In this document: positions 28,606-37,748 of the stretch, piece after piece
How positions within the stretch are numbered: the first letter of the stretch is position 1
How the letters are laid out: every line of letters starts with the position of its first letter
DNA from: Acidobacteriota bacterium
GTDB taxonomy: Bacteria; Acidobacteriota; UBA890; WLXD01
Direction of reading: 5' to 3'
DNA length: 64,000 bases
Assembly (NCBI GenBank): GCA_965248695.1
Contig: CBDFKD010000002.1
Location: 3,904,001-3,968,000 of the forward strand
The notes under the pieces: generated by a model
Seen by the model: only the letters and a program-made list of their open reading frames with translations
Databases searched by the model: none
Told to the model about the DNA's origin: nothing
Translations under genes and position numbers: made by a program

Positions 28606-29700
28606 GTGCAATCGGAGGGCGAGGTGGATCGGCGGCTGTTCGTTCGCTGGGGATTTGCCGCGCTGCTGTTGATCAGCGTCGCGCAGCTGGGCTGGTGGAT
28701 GCTGGATCAGTGGTGGTTCACGGCCGACGTGCGCGCTCAGATCTTGGAACTCCACCAGGAGCGCCTCGCGATCGCTGCCACGCTGCTCGAGGCTGGCGTC
28801 CCGGCGGCGGAGGTCGAGCGTCTCATCGATGACGTTAGCGTTCGCGACGGTCTGGCCGAGCTCGACGACGCGGTGCTGACGCGCCTCGACGCCGAGCGCC
28901 GAAGCCGTCTGAACCGTTATTTCTGGGAGGGCGCGTTCTTCCTCGCTGTGCTGCTGACGGCGCTGTCGGTGATTGCGCGGGTGTTGCGCCAGGAAGCGCT
29001 GCTGCGCCGCCGTCAGGACAACTTTCTGGCGGCGGTGAGCCACGAGCTCAAGAGCCCGCTCGCTGCAGCACGCGTGGCCGCCGATACCCTGGCGCTCCGC
29101 GACCTGGATCAGCAGGGAAGAAAGCAGAACGTCGATCGTGTCTTGCGCGGATTGGGGCGTCTACAGGCGATGGTCGACAACTTGCTGGAGAGCGCGCGCA
29201 TCGAAGCGGGAGCGGTCTCTTTGGTGCCGGGGCGCCTGCCGCTCGGCCCGACCCTAGGGCCCGTCCTGACGAGCATCGCCGAAAGGGCCACCGCGCGGGG
29301 AATTGCGTTCGAGGTGCGAATTCCGGATGGGCTCGACATCGTCGCCGACGAGACGGCATTTCGCATGGTGGTGAGCAATTTGCTCGAGAACGCGCTCGAA
29401 GCGGTCCGTGATACCGCGGTGGATCCGGCCGTGAGGCTAACCGCGCGCTCCACAGCCGCCGCGGTCATCGTGCAGGTGGACGACAACGGTTGCGGATTCG
29501 AGCCGGGCGCCGCGGAGCGCATGTTCGACAAGTTCTATCGACCGGGCGACGAGCTCCGGCGCTCAGGACGAGGCGCTGGCCTGGGGCTCCACATCGTGCG
29601 CGCCCTGATGCGCTCGTCGGGCGGGCGTGTGGAGGCGCGTTCCGAGGGTCCCGGCGAGGGCGCCGAGTTCCGCACCTATTGGCCCCCGGTGGCCGGATGA
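28606..29700 (+). CDS. Sensor histidine kinase
   Basis: Two TM helices; FLAAVSHELKSPL, NLLENA, DNGCGF, FDKFYR, GAGLGLHIV. Confidence 0.92.
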   Translation: MQSEGEVDRRLFVRWGFAALLLISVAQLGWWMLDQWWFTADVRAQILELHQERLAIAATLLEAGVPAAEVERLIDDVSVRDGLAELDDAVLTRLDAERRSRLNRYFWEGAFFLAVLLTALSVIARVLRQEALLRRRQDNFLAAVSHELKSPLAAARVAADTLALRDLDQQGRKQNVDRVLRGLGRLQAMVDNLLESARIEAGAVSLVPGRLPLGPTLGPVLTSIAERATARGIAFEVRIPDGLDIVADETAFRMVVSNLLENALEAVRDTAVDPAVRLTARSTAAAVIVQVDDNGCGFEPGAAERMFDKFYRPGDELRRSGRGAGLGLHIVRALMRSSGGRVEARSEGPGEGAEFRTYWPPVAG

Positions 29701-30428
29701 GCGCGTCTCTGTTGCGCATCCTCGTGGTAGAGGATGACGCTGACCTGGGAGCCGGAGTGCGCGACAACCTCGTCGCCGAGGGATATCGCGTGCGTCTGGC
29801 CGAGACCGGTGATGGCGGGCTGGATATGGCGCTGCGGGAGGACTTCGACCTCGTCATCCTCGACGTCATGCTGCCCGGCATGGACGGATTCACCGTCTGC
29901 CGCGAATTGCGCCACCGCGGATGCGAGGTTCCGATTCTGTTCCTCACTGCACGTGCGGACTCCGAGGACCGCGTGCGAGGACTGGAAGAGGGCGGTGACG
30001 ACTACCTCCCCAAGCCGTTCGACCTGCGCGAGCTGCTGGCGCGGGTCGCGGCGATCTTGCGACGCGCCCAGTGGTACTCGGGTGAGGGCGGCGACGCGCC
30101 CCTGTGCTTCGGTGGCAACGAGGTCGACCTACGGCGATACCGGGCCGTCGACCGTCAGGGTCGGACGCACGCCATGACGCACAAGGAGGCACAAGTACTC
30201 AAGGTTCTGGCCGAGCGCGAGGGCGAGGTGGTGTCTCGCGACGAGATCCTCAATCGGGTGTGGGGCTATGGGGCGTTTCCGTCGGCCCGCACGATCGACA
30301 ACTTCATCGTCCGGCTACGACGGCGTTTCGAGATCGACCCCGGCAGTCCCGCCCACATTCACACGGTGCACGGGGCCGGCTACCGCTTCACTCTCCAGCC
30401 GCAGGATCGACCGACGGCAGCGCCGTAG
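29697..30428 (+). CDS. OmpR-family response regulator
   Basis: ILVVEDD, ILDVMLPGMDG, FLTAR, DDYLPKPF, VWG..RTIDNFIVRLR, TVHGAGYRF; ATGA overlap with the kinase. Confidence 0.93.
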   Translation: MSASLLRILVVEDDADLGAGVRDNLVAEGYRVRLAETGDGGLDMALREDFDLVILDVMLPGMDGFTVCRELRHRGCEVPILFLTARADSEDRVRGLEEGGDDYLPKPFDLRELLARVAAILRRAQWYSGEGGDAPLCFGGNEVDLRRYRAVDRQGRTHAMTHKEAQVLKVLAEREGEVVSRDEILNRVWGYGAFPSARTIDNFIVRLRRRFEIDPGSPAHIHTVHGAGYRFTLQPQDRPTAAP

Positions 30429-30435
30429 CAGGCGG

Positions 30436-30603
30436 TTACTCCGGAGTGCGGCGGTCCTGTCCCGAACGCCGGTCTTCGCGGCTCCGGCGGTCGCTTTCTC
30501 GGCGGTCTGGAAAGTCGATGGAGATGTCGGCCTTGCGACGCCCTGCGCGCCGTCGATCCGCGGCTCGCCGGTCCGACGCGGCTCTTCGTTTCTTGTCGTC
30601 CAT
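30436..30603 (-). CDS. 55-aa DRR-repeat microprotein (candidate c-di-GMP-binding peptide)
   Basis: MDDKKRRAASDRRAADRRRAGRRKADISIDFPDRRESDRRSREDRRSGQDRRTPE*. Six DRR units are encoded by different synonymous codons. It fills the gap downstream of the PilZ-like gene on the same strand. Confidence 0.7.
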   Translation of the reverse strand: MDDKKRRAASDRRAADRRRAGRRKADISIDFPDRRESDRRSREDRRSGQDRRTPE

Positions 30604-30768
30604 GTCGTGCTCTGCTCGTGCCCGTTGTGTGCCGGGTCCGAATGAACGGCAGGAGCGTGCCGTTGACGCGAGGGTAACTCCAAATAGCGGCCACGTCGCC
30701 GGCGTGACCGAGCCGACCTTCGCTTCCGTATTCGTGGCAAAGACCGTCGATCGGGCGGCCGTGCGCAG

Positions 30769-31140
30769 CTACGGCCCGTCGATGACGTCGAGCAAGGTGG
30801 CGAATTCAACCGCGGCGGTGAGTCCGTCATAGACGCGAGTCACGCGTCCCCGCACCGTTTGACCGGGAATCGTGCGCGAATGGGCGTTGCCCTGGCCGCT
30901 CGGTTCGTCGGACCTCTTTCGAACCGACAACTCGACGCCGGGGGCGGTGAAGCGGACCACACAAGTGTCGTGAACAGCCATCGCGGACTCGAGGTTCACC
31001 AGCATGCCGCCGCGTCCCAGAGTCACCGTGGTCCCGTGTATCACCTCGGGCGAGTCGTCGGGCACGATCTCGATCGGGATCGTCGCTTCGACACGGCGGT
31101 GGGCCCGCCTCCCGGTGAACTGTCGTGCAGGCTGGCTCAT
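30769..31140 (-). CDS. PilZ-like single-domain protein (degenerate second motif)
   Basis: GRRAHRRV (RxxxR), then GTTVTLGRGGMLV in place of [D/N]xSxxG; ends GRVTRV..AAVEF. Confidence 0.7.
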   Translation of the reverse strand: MSQPARQFTGRRAHRRVEATIPIEIVPDDSPEVIHGTTVTLGRGGMLVNLESAMAVHDTCVVRFTAPGVELSVRKRSDEPSGQGNAHSRTIPGQTVRGRVTRVYDGLTAAVEFATLLDVIDGP

Positions 31141-31240
31141 GTTGACAACCCCTGGCAATCAGGAAGCGTTCATGGAGTCATCTAAGCAAGTGCTGGCCCG
31201 AGGTCTTTCCGAGGTACGCCAAGAATTTTCTGATGAGGGC

Positions 31241-31298
31241 AGCAGGCCGTGGCGGAACCCGCAACCAGGCCCGCCACACTTTCACCACGGCCTGCTAG
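31241..31298. repeat. Short inverted-repeat element (MITE/IS-end-like)
   Basis: AGCAGGCCGTGGCGGAA (31241-31257) and TTTCACCACGGCCTGCT (31280-31296) are 15/17 complementary; the right end lies in CTAG. Confidence 0.55.
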
Positions 31299-31391
31299 GG
31301 TTAGAGGAGGCAGAGATCACTGGGCAGAGGAGCCGGTTCGCACGGGTGACCGTTCAACCTGCTACACCGGTCTTTTGGATCGAGGAGAACC

Positions 31392-32576
31392 GTGATGATC
31401 CGTAGACGCGTTACGCCAGCTGCTGCGCTGGTGCTTCTTTCGGCGCTGCTTGTCGCCCGTCCGCCTCAGGCCATTGGGCAGTCGACGGTCATGCGGTCCG
31501 CCTACCACGACTATCGGGTGGTCGCCGTGGCCCAGGGTCTCGAACACCCGTGGTCGATTGCCTTCCTGCCCGGAGGCGACACGCTGGTCACCGAGCGCGC
31601 CGGCCGTCTGCGCGTCATTCGGAATGGAACGTTGCTCTCCGATCCTGTCGCCGGGGTCCCGGAGGTGCTCTATCAGGGACAGGGCGGGCTGATGGAAGTG
31701 CTTCCACACCCCGACTTCGCATCCAACCGTCTGCTGTACCTGAGCTACTCCAAGCCCGTCGGGGACGGTACCGAGGCCACCAGCGCCGTCATCCGCGGTC
31801 GCTTCGAAAACGATCGGCTGACCGACGTCGAGGAGATCTTCGAGGCAGTCAGCCGGGGCCGCGGCCACTACGGTTGCAAGCTGGCGTTCGATGCCGACGG
31901 CTACCTGTTCATCACCGTCGGCGACCGCCAGGTGCCGTCGCGCGGGGATCTCGAGGCGCACCCGGCCCAGGACGTCTCCAACCACCATGGCACGACGAAC
32001 CGGGTTCACGATGATGGCACCGTGCCCGAGGACAACCCGTTCGTCGGCCGCGATGGAGCCCGTCCGGAGATCTGGAGCTACGGACATCGCAACCCGCAGG
32101 GCCTGGTGGTCCACCCCGACACCGGCGACGTGTGGGTCAACGAGCACGGGCCCCAGGGCGGCGATGAGGTAAACCTCATCAGCCCCGGATCGAACTACGG
32201 CTGGCCAGTGATCGGTTATGGCGTCAACTACGGAAGCGGGTCGGCGATTCACGAGGGCACGATGCGCGAGGACATGGAGCACCCGACGCATGTCTGGGTT
32301 CCGTCGATTGGGGTTTCGGGCCAGATGATCTATACGGGCGACCGTTTCCCGGAGTGGCGCGGCAGCATGTTCAACGGCGGCATGTCGGGCGCGCAGCTGG
32401 CGCGACTGAGCATGAACGGTACGGACATCGAGCTCGAGGAGACGCTGGTCGCCGGGCTGGGTCGCATCCGTGATGTGCGTCAGAGCCCGGATGGCTACAT
32501 TTATCTCGCCATCGACGGCGAAGAAGACGAGGACCTGACCCCGGTGTACCGGCTCGAGCCGGCCGACGACCGCTAG
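31392..32576 (+). CDS. PQQ-dependent sugar dehydrogenase (GSDH/YliI-like), secreted
   Basis: GLEHPWSIAFLP, TERAGRLR, GQGGL, IWSYGHRNPQG, EHGPQGGDEVN, NYGWP, RIRDVRQSPDG. Confidence 0.92.
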   Translation: MMIRRRVTPAAALVLLSALLVARPPQAIGQSTVMRSAYHDYRVVAVAQGLEHPWSIAFLPGGDTLVTERAGRLRVIRNGTLLSDPVAGVPEVLYQGQGGLMEVLPHPDFASNRLLYLSYSKPVGDGTEATSAVIRGRFENDRLTDVEEIFEAVSRGRGHYGCKLAFDADGYLFITVGDRQVPSRGDLEAHPAQDVSNHHGTTNRVHDDGTVPEDNPFVGRDGARPEIWSYGHRNPQGLVVHPDTGDVWVNEHGPQGGDEVNLISPGSNYGWPVIGYGVNYGSGSAIHEGTMREDMEHPTHVWVPSIGVSGQMIYTGDRFPEWRGSMFNGGMSGAQLARLSMNGTDIELEETLVAGLGRIRDVRQSPDGYIYLAIDGEEDEDLTPVYRLEPADDR

Positions 32577-32667
32577 CTGAACGACCGATAGGCAAAGCGC
32601 AGCTGGCGCGGCTCGAGAGGGCGAGCGCCGAGAGCGGCAGCCCGACCGTTGCGGGGCGGGCCGACGG

Positions 32668-33321
32668 TCAGACGGAGAGACCGGTGTCGGGGCGCAGCGG
32701 ATCTGAGAAGAATTGCAGCTCGCATCGCATCGCGTAGCGGTAGTTCTTGCGTACGGCTGGACTATCGACGCCAAGCTGGTCGACGATCGACTCGAGCTCG
32801 TCGACCAGCTCGATGAACCCGGCGCCCGAATACGTCTCCACCCACTCCCGGTACGGGTTGTCGGCCAGATCGGCGCGAGCCAGCTCCCGACCGAGGTAAC
32901 TGTAGAGCCGCATACAGGGCGTCATCGCGGCGACGATCTCGGCGACGGTGCCGGTCCAGGCGGCGCGGGCAAGGAAATCGGTGTACGCGCGTGCCGCCGG
33001 TGATGGCTCGACTGCGGCCAGATCGATGTCGAGCGTCGCGGCGAAGCGCGCGTGCAGCTCCAGCTCGTCGAGAACACCGCCCATGAGGCGGTGGAAACGG
33101 CGCATGAGCTCGAGGTTGTCGGAGCACTTGGCTGCGGCGAGCGCATAGGCTCCCATGAAGGCACGCAGAAAGAACGCATCCTGGGCGACGTACCGCCGGA
33201 AGGCCTCCACGTCGAGGGTCCCGTCGCCGAGCCCGCGCACCAATGGATTCTCCAGGCAGGCGCGCGCCAGATCGGAACTCTCCTCCCACAACGACTCGTG
33301 CAGGGGCGTATCGGGCGTCAT
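32668..33321 (-). CDS. tenA: TenA family (thiaminase II / aminopyrimidine aminohydrolase)
   Basis: FRRYVAQDAFFL, ELELH, YTDFL, AMTPCMRLY, NPYREWVETY, ELQFF. Confidence 0.88.
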   Translation of the reverse strand: MTPDTPLHESLWEESSDLARACLENPLVRGLGDGTLDVEAFRRYVAQDAFFLRAFMGAYALAAAKCSDNLELMRRFHRLMGGVLDELELHARFAATLDIDLAAVEPSPAARAYTDFLARAAWTGTVAEIVAAMTPCMRLYSYLGRELARADLADNPYREWVETYSGAGFIELVDELESIVDQLGVDSPAVRKNYRYAMRCELQFFSDPLRPDTGLSV

Positions 33322-33425
33322 CGGTGAGGCACCCGTGGCTTGCCGGTCGTCTGCTTGATTCGCATCGATACGCCCCGCCTGAGGTCGATAGACACCTGCG
33401 TCCCGATGGCAGAGTCTAGGGGGTC

Positions 33426-34742
33426 ATGGACGAATCGGACACTCGCACCGCATCCGACGAGGTCGCGCTCCAGGCAACCAACGACGAGATCGAGCTGCTG
33501 TTCCGGCATGAGTCGCGACGACTGATCTCGGTCCTCACGCGCATCCTCGGCCCGCATAACCTGGCGCTGGCCGAGGACGTCGTGCAGGAGTCGTTCGTAC
33601 GCGCGGTGGACAGCTGGGCCCGCAAAGGCATCCCCGACAACCCTGGCGCCTGGCTGCTCACCACGGCACGAAACCGTGCTATCGATGTGATTCGCCGCGA
33701 GCGTACTCGCCGCACGTTCGCCAGTGACCTGGCCGTTTACCTGGATAGCGAGTGGACGCTCTCGCCGACCGTCGACGAGGCCTTCGCCGAAGACGGTATT
33801 CGCGACGATCAGCTGCGCATGATCTTCATGTGCTGCCATGAGTCACTGACGCCTGAGAATCGCACCACCCTCATTCTCAAGACCCTGTGCGGGCTCAGTG
33901 TCCCGGCGATTGCCCGCGCATTGCTCACCACCGAATCAACGGTCAACAAGCGACTGTACCGAACGCGGCAGCAGGTGCGCGGCCTGGAGTTCGCCATACC
34001 GCCCGAAGAGCGGCGCGCAGCGGCGCTGGCTACGGTGCATACCTCGTTGTACCTGGTGTTCAACGAGGGATACCTGTCGACCAGCGATCAACCGATTCTA
34101 ACGGAGCTCTGTCGAGATGCGCTGGCGCTTGTAGCTCTCCTGGCGGAAAGCTCGTCGCTGGCCAGCAGCGACACGATCGCGCTACTGGCGCTGATGCGAT
34201 TCAACACGGCGCGGCTGCCGTCACGCCTCGACGAGGAGGGGCGTCTCGTACCGCTGGATCAGCAGGATAGGCTGCTCTGGGACACGGAGCTCATTCGTCT
34301 CGGTTTCGTGGACCTCTCCCGTGCTTCGGGCATGGAGGCGGTCGCGGCCAGCCGCTACCACCTCGAAGCGGCCATCGCCGCCCGCCACTGTTCGGCGTCG
34401 ACGTTTGCGGCGACGGACTGGGAGTCGATCTGCCGGCTCTACGACCGCTTGCTGGAGGTGGAACCATCGCCGTTCGTGGCGCTTAACCGCGCCGTGGCGA
34501 TCTCCTACCGCGACGGTCCGGAGGCGGCGATTCCGCTGGTCGATCTCATCCGCGAGGAAGGCAAGCTGACACACAGTCACGCCGTCGCCGCCGTGCTGGC
34601 CAACCTGTATGCGCGAGCCGGCTACGAGGAACCGGCTCGCGCCTTCCTGGATGAGGCGTTGTCGCAAGCACGCACCGAGCACGAACGTGAGTTCATCGCC
34701 CAGCAGGTTCGGCGCGCTGGCACCGGCCTGGGGCCAACCTAG
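33426..34742 (+). CDS. ECF sigma factor with C-terminal TPR-like extension (ECF42-like)
   Basis: AEDVVQE, IPDNPGAWL, DDQLRMIFMCCH, LYLVFNEGY, LDQQDRLLWD, YHLEAAIAARH, TDW..I..LY, ALNRAVA. Confidence 0.9.
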   Translation: MDESDTRTASDEVALQATNDEIELLFRHESRRLISVLTRILGPHNLALAEDVVQESFVRAVDSWARKGIPDNPGAWLLTTARNRAIDVIRRERTRRTFASDLAVYLDSEWTLSPTVDEAFAEDGIRDDQLRMIFMCCHESLTPENRTTLILKTLCGLSVPAIARALLTTESTVNKRLYRTRQQVRGLEFAIPPEERRAAALATVHTSLYLVFNEGYLSTSDQPILTELCRDALALVALLAESSSLASSDTIALLALMRFNTARLPSRLDEEGRLVPLDQQDRLLWDTELIRLGFVDLSRASGMEAVAASRYHLEAAIAARHCSASTFAATDWESICRLYDRLLEVEPSPFVALNRAVAISYRDGPEAAIPLVDLIREEGKLTHSHAVAAVLANLYARAGYEEPARAFLDEALSQARTEHEREFIAQQVRRAGTGLGPT

Positions 34743-35104
34743 CCCTTCGGCATCTCCATGATCGGCCTGACACCCACCGTGCCTTCGGGGTGGTAGCTGA
34801 GAAACGGGCAGCCTTCGGCCAGGCGGGTCGCTTCTTCGAGAGAGTCGGCCGCAACCACTGAATAACCGCCGATCAGCTCCTTGACCTCCGCCATCGCCGT
34901 ATCGGTGGCGAAACCGTCGCCGTCGCGGCGCAGCGTCGCCCCCTCGGGCAGCAGCGCTGCTCCCGGATTGCGCAAATGGCCGGAGGCCTCGAGCTCCTTG
35001 AACCAGTCGTTCCACTCCTGCATCACGGATTGCATCTGCTCCGGCGTTCGCTTGTCCTTCCAATCAGGATCGCCGCCTTGATAGACCAACAGGTAGTCCG
35101 CCAT
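34739..35104 (-). CDS. YciI family (DGPF-like) protein
   Basis: DTAMAEVKELIGGYSVV (variant of DGPFAETKE..GGY), A.SLEEA..A..CP, VRPI. Confidence 0.85.
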   Translation of the reverse strand: MADYLLVYQGGDPDWKDKRTPEQMQSVMQEWNDWFKELEASGHLRNPGAALLPEGATLRRDGDGFATDTAMAEVKELIGGYSVVAADSLEEATRLAEGCPFLSYHPEGTVGVRPIMEMPKG

Positions 35105-35155
35105 TTGGTGTCTCCCTCGGTGTCCAGTCGGTGAAATCCGATCCCATACCCGAAT

Positions 35156-35182
35156 GACGGCCGGAGGCGTCCGGTTAGGACA
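35156..35182 (-). promoter_or_regulatory. Putative ECF-type promoter of the yciI-like gene
   Basis: Minus strand TGTCCT-N17-CGTC, about 50 nt upstream of the ATG. Confidence 0.5.
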
Positions 35183-35293
35183 TGGTGCGCTCCAAGTCGT
35201 TCACATAAAGTACGGCCGCTGCCGCGTCGTCGACTGGTGACCCGCGGCATAGCTACCGATAGCAACGGTTCGATACGAACACTGGAGGCGGCG

Positions 35294-37702
35294 GTGAGAC
35301 CATGCCACGAGCGCGGCGCGACGCGCATGGGGATCATGCTGCTGACGCTCCCCCTGCTACTCGGGGCGGCGCAGTCGAGCGACGACAAGGTCACGCGCGA
35401 GGACTACGCGCGTGCGGAGCGCATGCTCGGCTGGAACGCGACGAAGCTCGTGTACCACTACCCGGTATCGCCGCAGTGGATCGACGACACGGACCGATTC
35501 TGGTACCGCAAGCAGATACCGTCCGGCCACGAGTTCGTTTACGTCGACGCGACCACCAACCTGCAACGCTCGGCCTTCGACCACGTACGACTGGCGGCGA
35601 CGCTGTCGGCTGCTTCCGGGCATGCTTACGAGCCGTATCAGCTGCCATTCCAGAGTATCGAGTTGCTCGACGATGCCAAGACGCTTCGCTTCTGGGAGAC
35701 CTTGAAACGAGCCGAGGCCGATGAGGGCGACGGCGACGATACGACGGCGACCGACGCGGACTCGGAGCCTCCAGCGCGACGCTGGACGTGCGATCTGACC
35801 GCCTACGAGTGCATCGGACCAGAAGACATCGCCGCCGACCCCGAGAACGAGGTGCGCTCGCCCGACAATCGCTGGGCGGCGTTCACGCGCGACGAAAATC
35901 TCTGGGTACGGGAGCTGCAGTCCGACGAGGAGATCCAGCTCAGCCACGACGGCGAGGAGCACTGGGGCTACGGTCAGATCGGCGAGGGCTGCTGCGCGGA
36001 GGTGACCTCCCGGCGCCAGGAAATCAAACGGCCCCCGGCACTCGTCTGGTCGCCCGACTCGTCGAAGATCGCTACCATTCGCCTGGACGAGCGCGAAGTG
36101 CGCCAGATGCATCTGATCGAGACCCACCAGGGGCGGCCCTTATTGCATAGCTACCGCTACGCCCTGCCGGGCGACGAGATCGTGCCGACGTTCAGAGTCT
36201 GGGTTTTCGACGTTGGCGCCGGCGCGGGAGTAGAGATCGAGACGCCGCCGATCGAGGAGTTCTGGCCGCGGGAGCTGGATGTTCGTTGGGCTGCCGACAG
36301 CAGCAAGGTCTTCGTTCCGCATGAGCACCGTGGCCACAAGCGCATCACGCTGTACGGCGCCGACGCAACGACCGGCACCAGTCATGTCGTGCTCGAAGAA
36401 ACCAGCGACACCTTTGTCGACCTCAACATCAGCTTCAGCCCCGACGGCGGTGACTGGCAGGTGGTGGGCAACGGCGAGCAGGTCGTGTGGTGGTCGCAGC
36501 GAAACGGTTGGGGGCACTTCTATCGTTTCGATGGCTCCGGTGAAGGTCTGTTGAACCAGGTCACCAGCGGCGCCTGGACGACAGCGCGTATCCACCATTT
36601 GTCGGACGACGGCTGGCTGTATTTCGAGACCTACGGCAAGGAACCGGGTCTGTATCCCTACGCGGCGCAGCTGTATCGCGCTCGCATCGACGGGTCGCAG
36701 CTGCAACGGCTCACTCCCGAAGACGCGCACCACGCTATCGGCATGTCCGCATCGGGCAATTTCGTGGTCGACACGTACTCGATGCGCGACACCGCGCCGG
36801 TCACCGTGCTGCGGCGGGCCGACGGGCAGGCAGTGCGAACCCTGGAAGAAGCGGACATCAGCGCGCTGGAGGCGACGGGTTGGCGCCCGGCCGAGCCGTT
36901 CACGGTGAAGGCGCGCGACAACACCACCAATCTCTACGGGTTCCTCTACTTTCCGTCCGACTTCGACCCCGAGGCGAGCTACGCACTGATCGACTACATC
37001 TATCCAGGTCCCCAGATCGGTGCCGTCGGAGCGCGTGGATTTACCGCCAATCCGCGTGGCTTCGCACAGGCTCTGGCCGAGGTCGGCTTCATCGTCTTCC
37101 AGATCGACGCCACCGGCACCCCGTTCCGTTCCAAGTCGTTCCACGATGCCTACTACGGCGACATGCGTGACAACGGGCTGCGCGATCACATCGAGGCGAT
37201 CAAGCAGCTGGCGGTGCAGCGTCGGCAGATCGATCTCGACCGGGTGGGGATCTACGGGCACTCTGGCGGGGGGTTCTCGTCCACCGACGCCATTCTCAGC
37301 TTCCCGGACTTCTACAAGGTCGCGGTGTCGGGAGCTGGCAACCATGATCAGCGCAGCTACTCATGGGGCTGGGGGGAGAAGTACCACGGCTTGCTGGCGG
37401 AGACTCCCGGAGGCGGGGACAACTTCGACGCGCAGGCAAACCATCTGATCGCCGACCAGCTCGAGGGCAAGCTGCTACTGACCTACGGCTCACTCGACGA
37501 CAACGTGCATCCCAATGCCACGCTGCTGCTGGTGGACGAGCTCATCAAGCAGAACAAGGATTTCGACATGCTGGTGATGCCGAATCGGAACCACGGCTAT
37601 GCCAGCGAGCCCTACGTCGTCCGACGTACCTGGGACTACTTCGTCGAGCATCTCCTCGGCCAACAGCCGCCGACCGGATTCGAGATCCGGCGACCGGAGT
37701 AG
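35294..37702 (+). CDS. S9B dipeptidyl peptidase IV family protein, secreted
   Basis: WSPDS, IYPGPQ, GIYGHSGGG, DDNVHP, NRNH, WDYFV; GGAGG RBS before GTG. Confidence 0.92.
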   Translation: MRPCHERGATRMGIMLLTLPLLLGAAQSSDDKVTREDYARAERMLGWNATKLVYHYPVSPQWIDDTDRFWYRKQIPSGHEFVYVDATTNLQRSAFDHVRLAATLSAASGHAYEPYQLPFQSIELLDDAKTLRFWETLKRAEADEGDGDDTTATDADSEPPARRWTCDLTAYECIGPEDIAADPENEVRSPDNRWAAFTRDENLWVRELQSDEEIQLSHDGEEHWGYGQIGEGCCAEVTSRRQEIKRPPALVWSPDSSKIATIRLDEREVRQMHLIETHQGRPLLHSYRYALPGDEIVPTFRVWVFDVGAGAGVEIETPPIEEFWPRELDVRWAADSSKVFVPHEHRGHKRITLYGADATTGTSHVVLEETSDTFVDLNISFSPDGGDWQVVGNGEQVVWWSQRNGWGHFYRFDGSGEGLLNQVTSGAWTTARIHHLSDDGWLYFETYGKEPGLYPYAAQLYRARIDGSQLQRLTPEDAHHAIGMSASGNFVVDTYSMRDTAPVTVLRRADGQAVRTLEEADISALEATGWRPAEPFTVKARDNTTNLYGFLYFPSDFDPEASYALIDYIYPGPQIGAVGARGFTANPRGFAQALAEVGFIVFQIDATGTPFRSKSFHDAYYGDMRDNGLRDHIEAIKQLAVQRRQIDLDRVGIYGHSGGGFSSTDAILSFPDFYKVAVSGAGNHDQRSYSWGWGEKYHGLLAETPGGGDNFDAQANHLIADQLEGKLLLTYGSLDDNVHPNATLLLVDELIKQNKDFDMLVMPNRNHGYASEPYVVRRTWDYFVEHLLGQQPPTGFEIRRPE

Positions 37703-37748
37703 TCGCTGCCTCGACGACGGCGCGCCGAGAGACGCCCAGAGATCGACT

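Noticed and set aside
30604-30768. Possible c-di-GMP riboswitch between the PilZ-like gene and the DRR ORF
   Set aside because: Only a simple AACGGCA/TGCCGTT hairpin; no GGCAAA..GAAA..GACGCAAA class I signature.
33322-33425. Expected TPP riboswitch upstream of tenA
   Set aside because: No CTGAGA..ACCTG..GCGTAGG-like signature on the minus strand.
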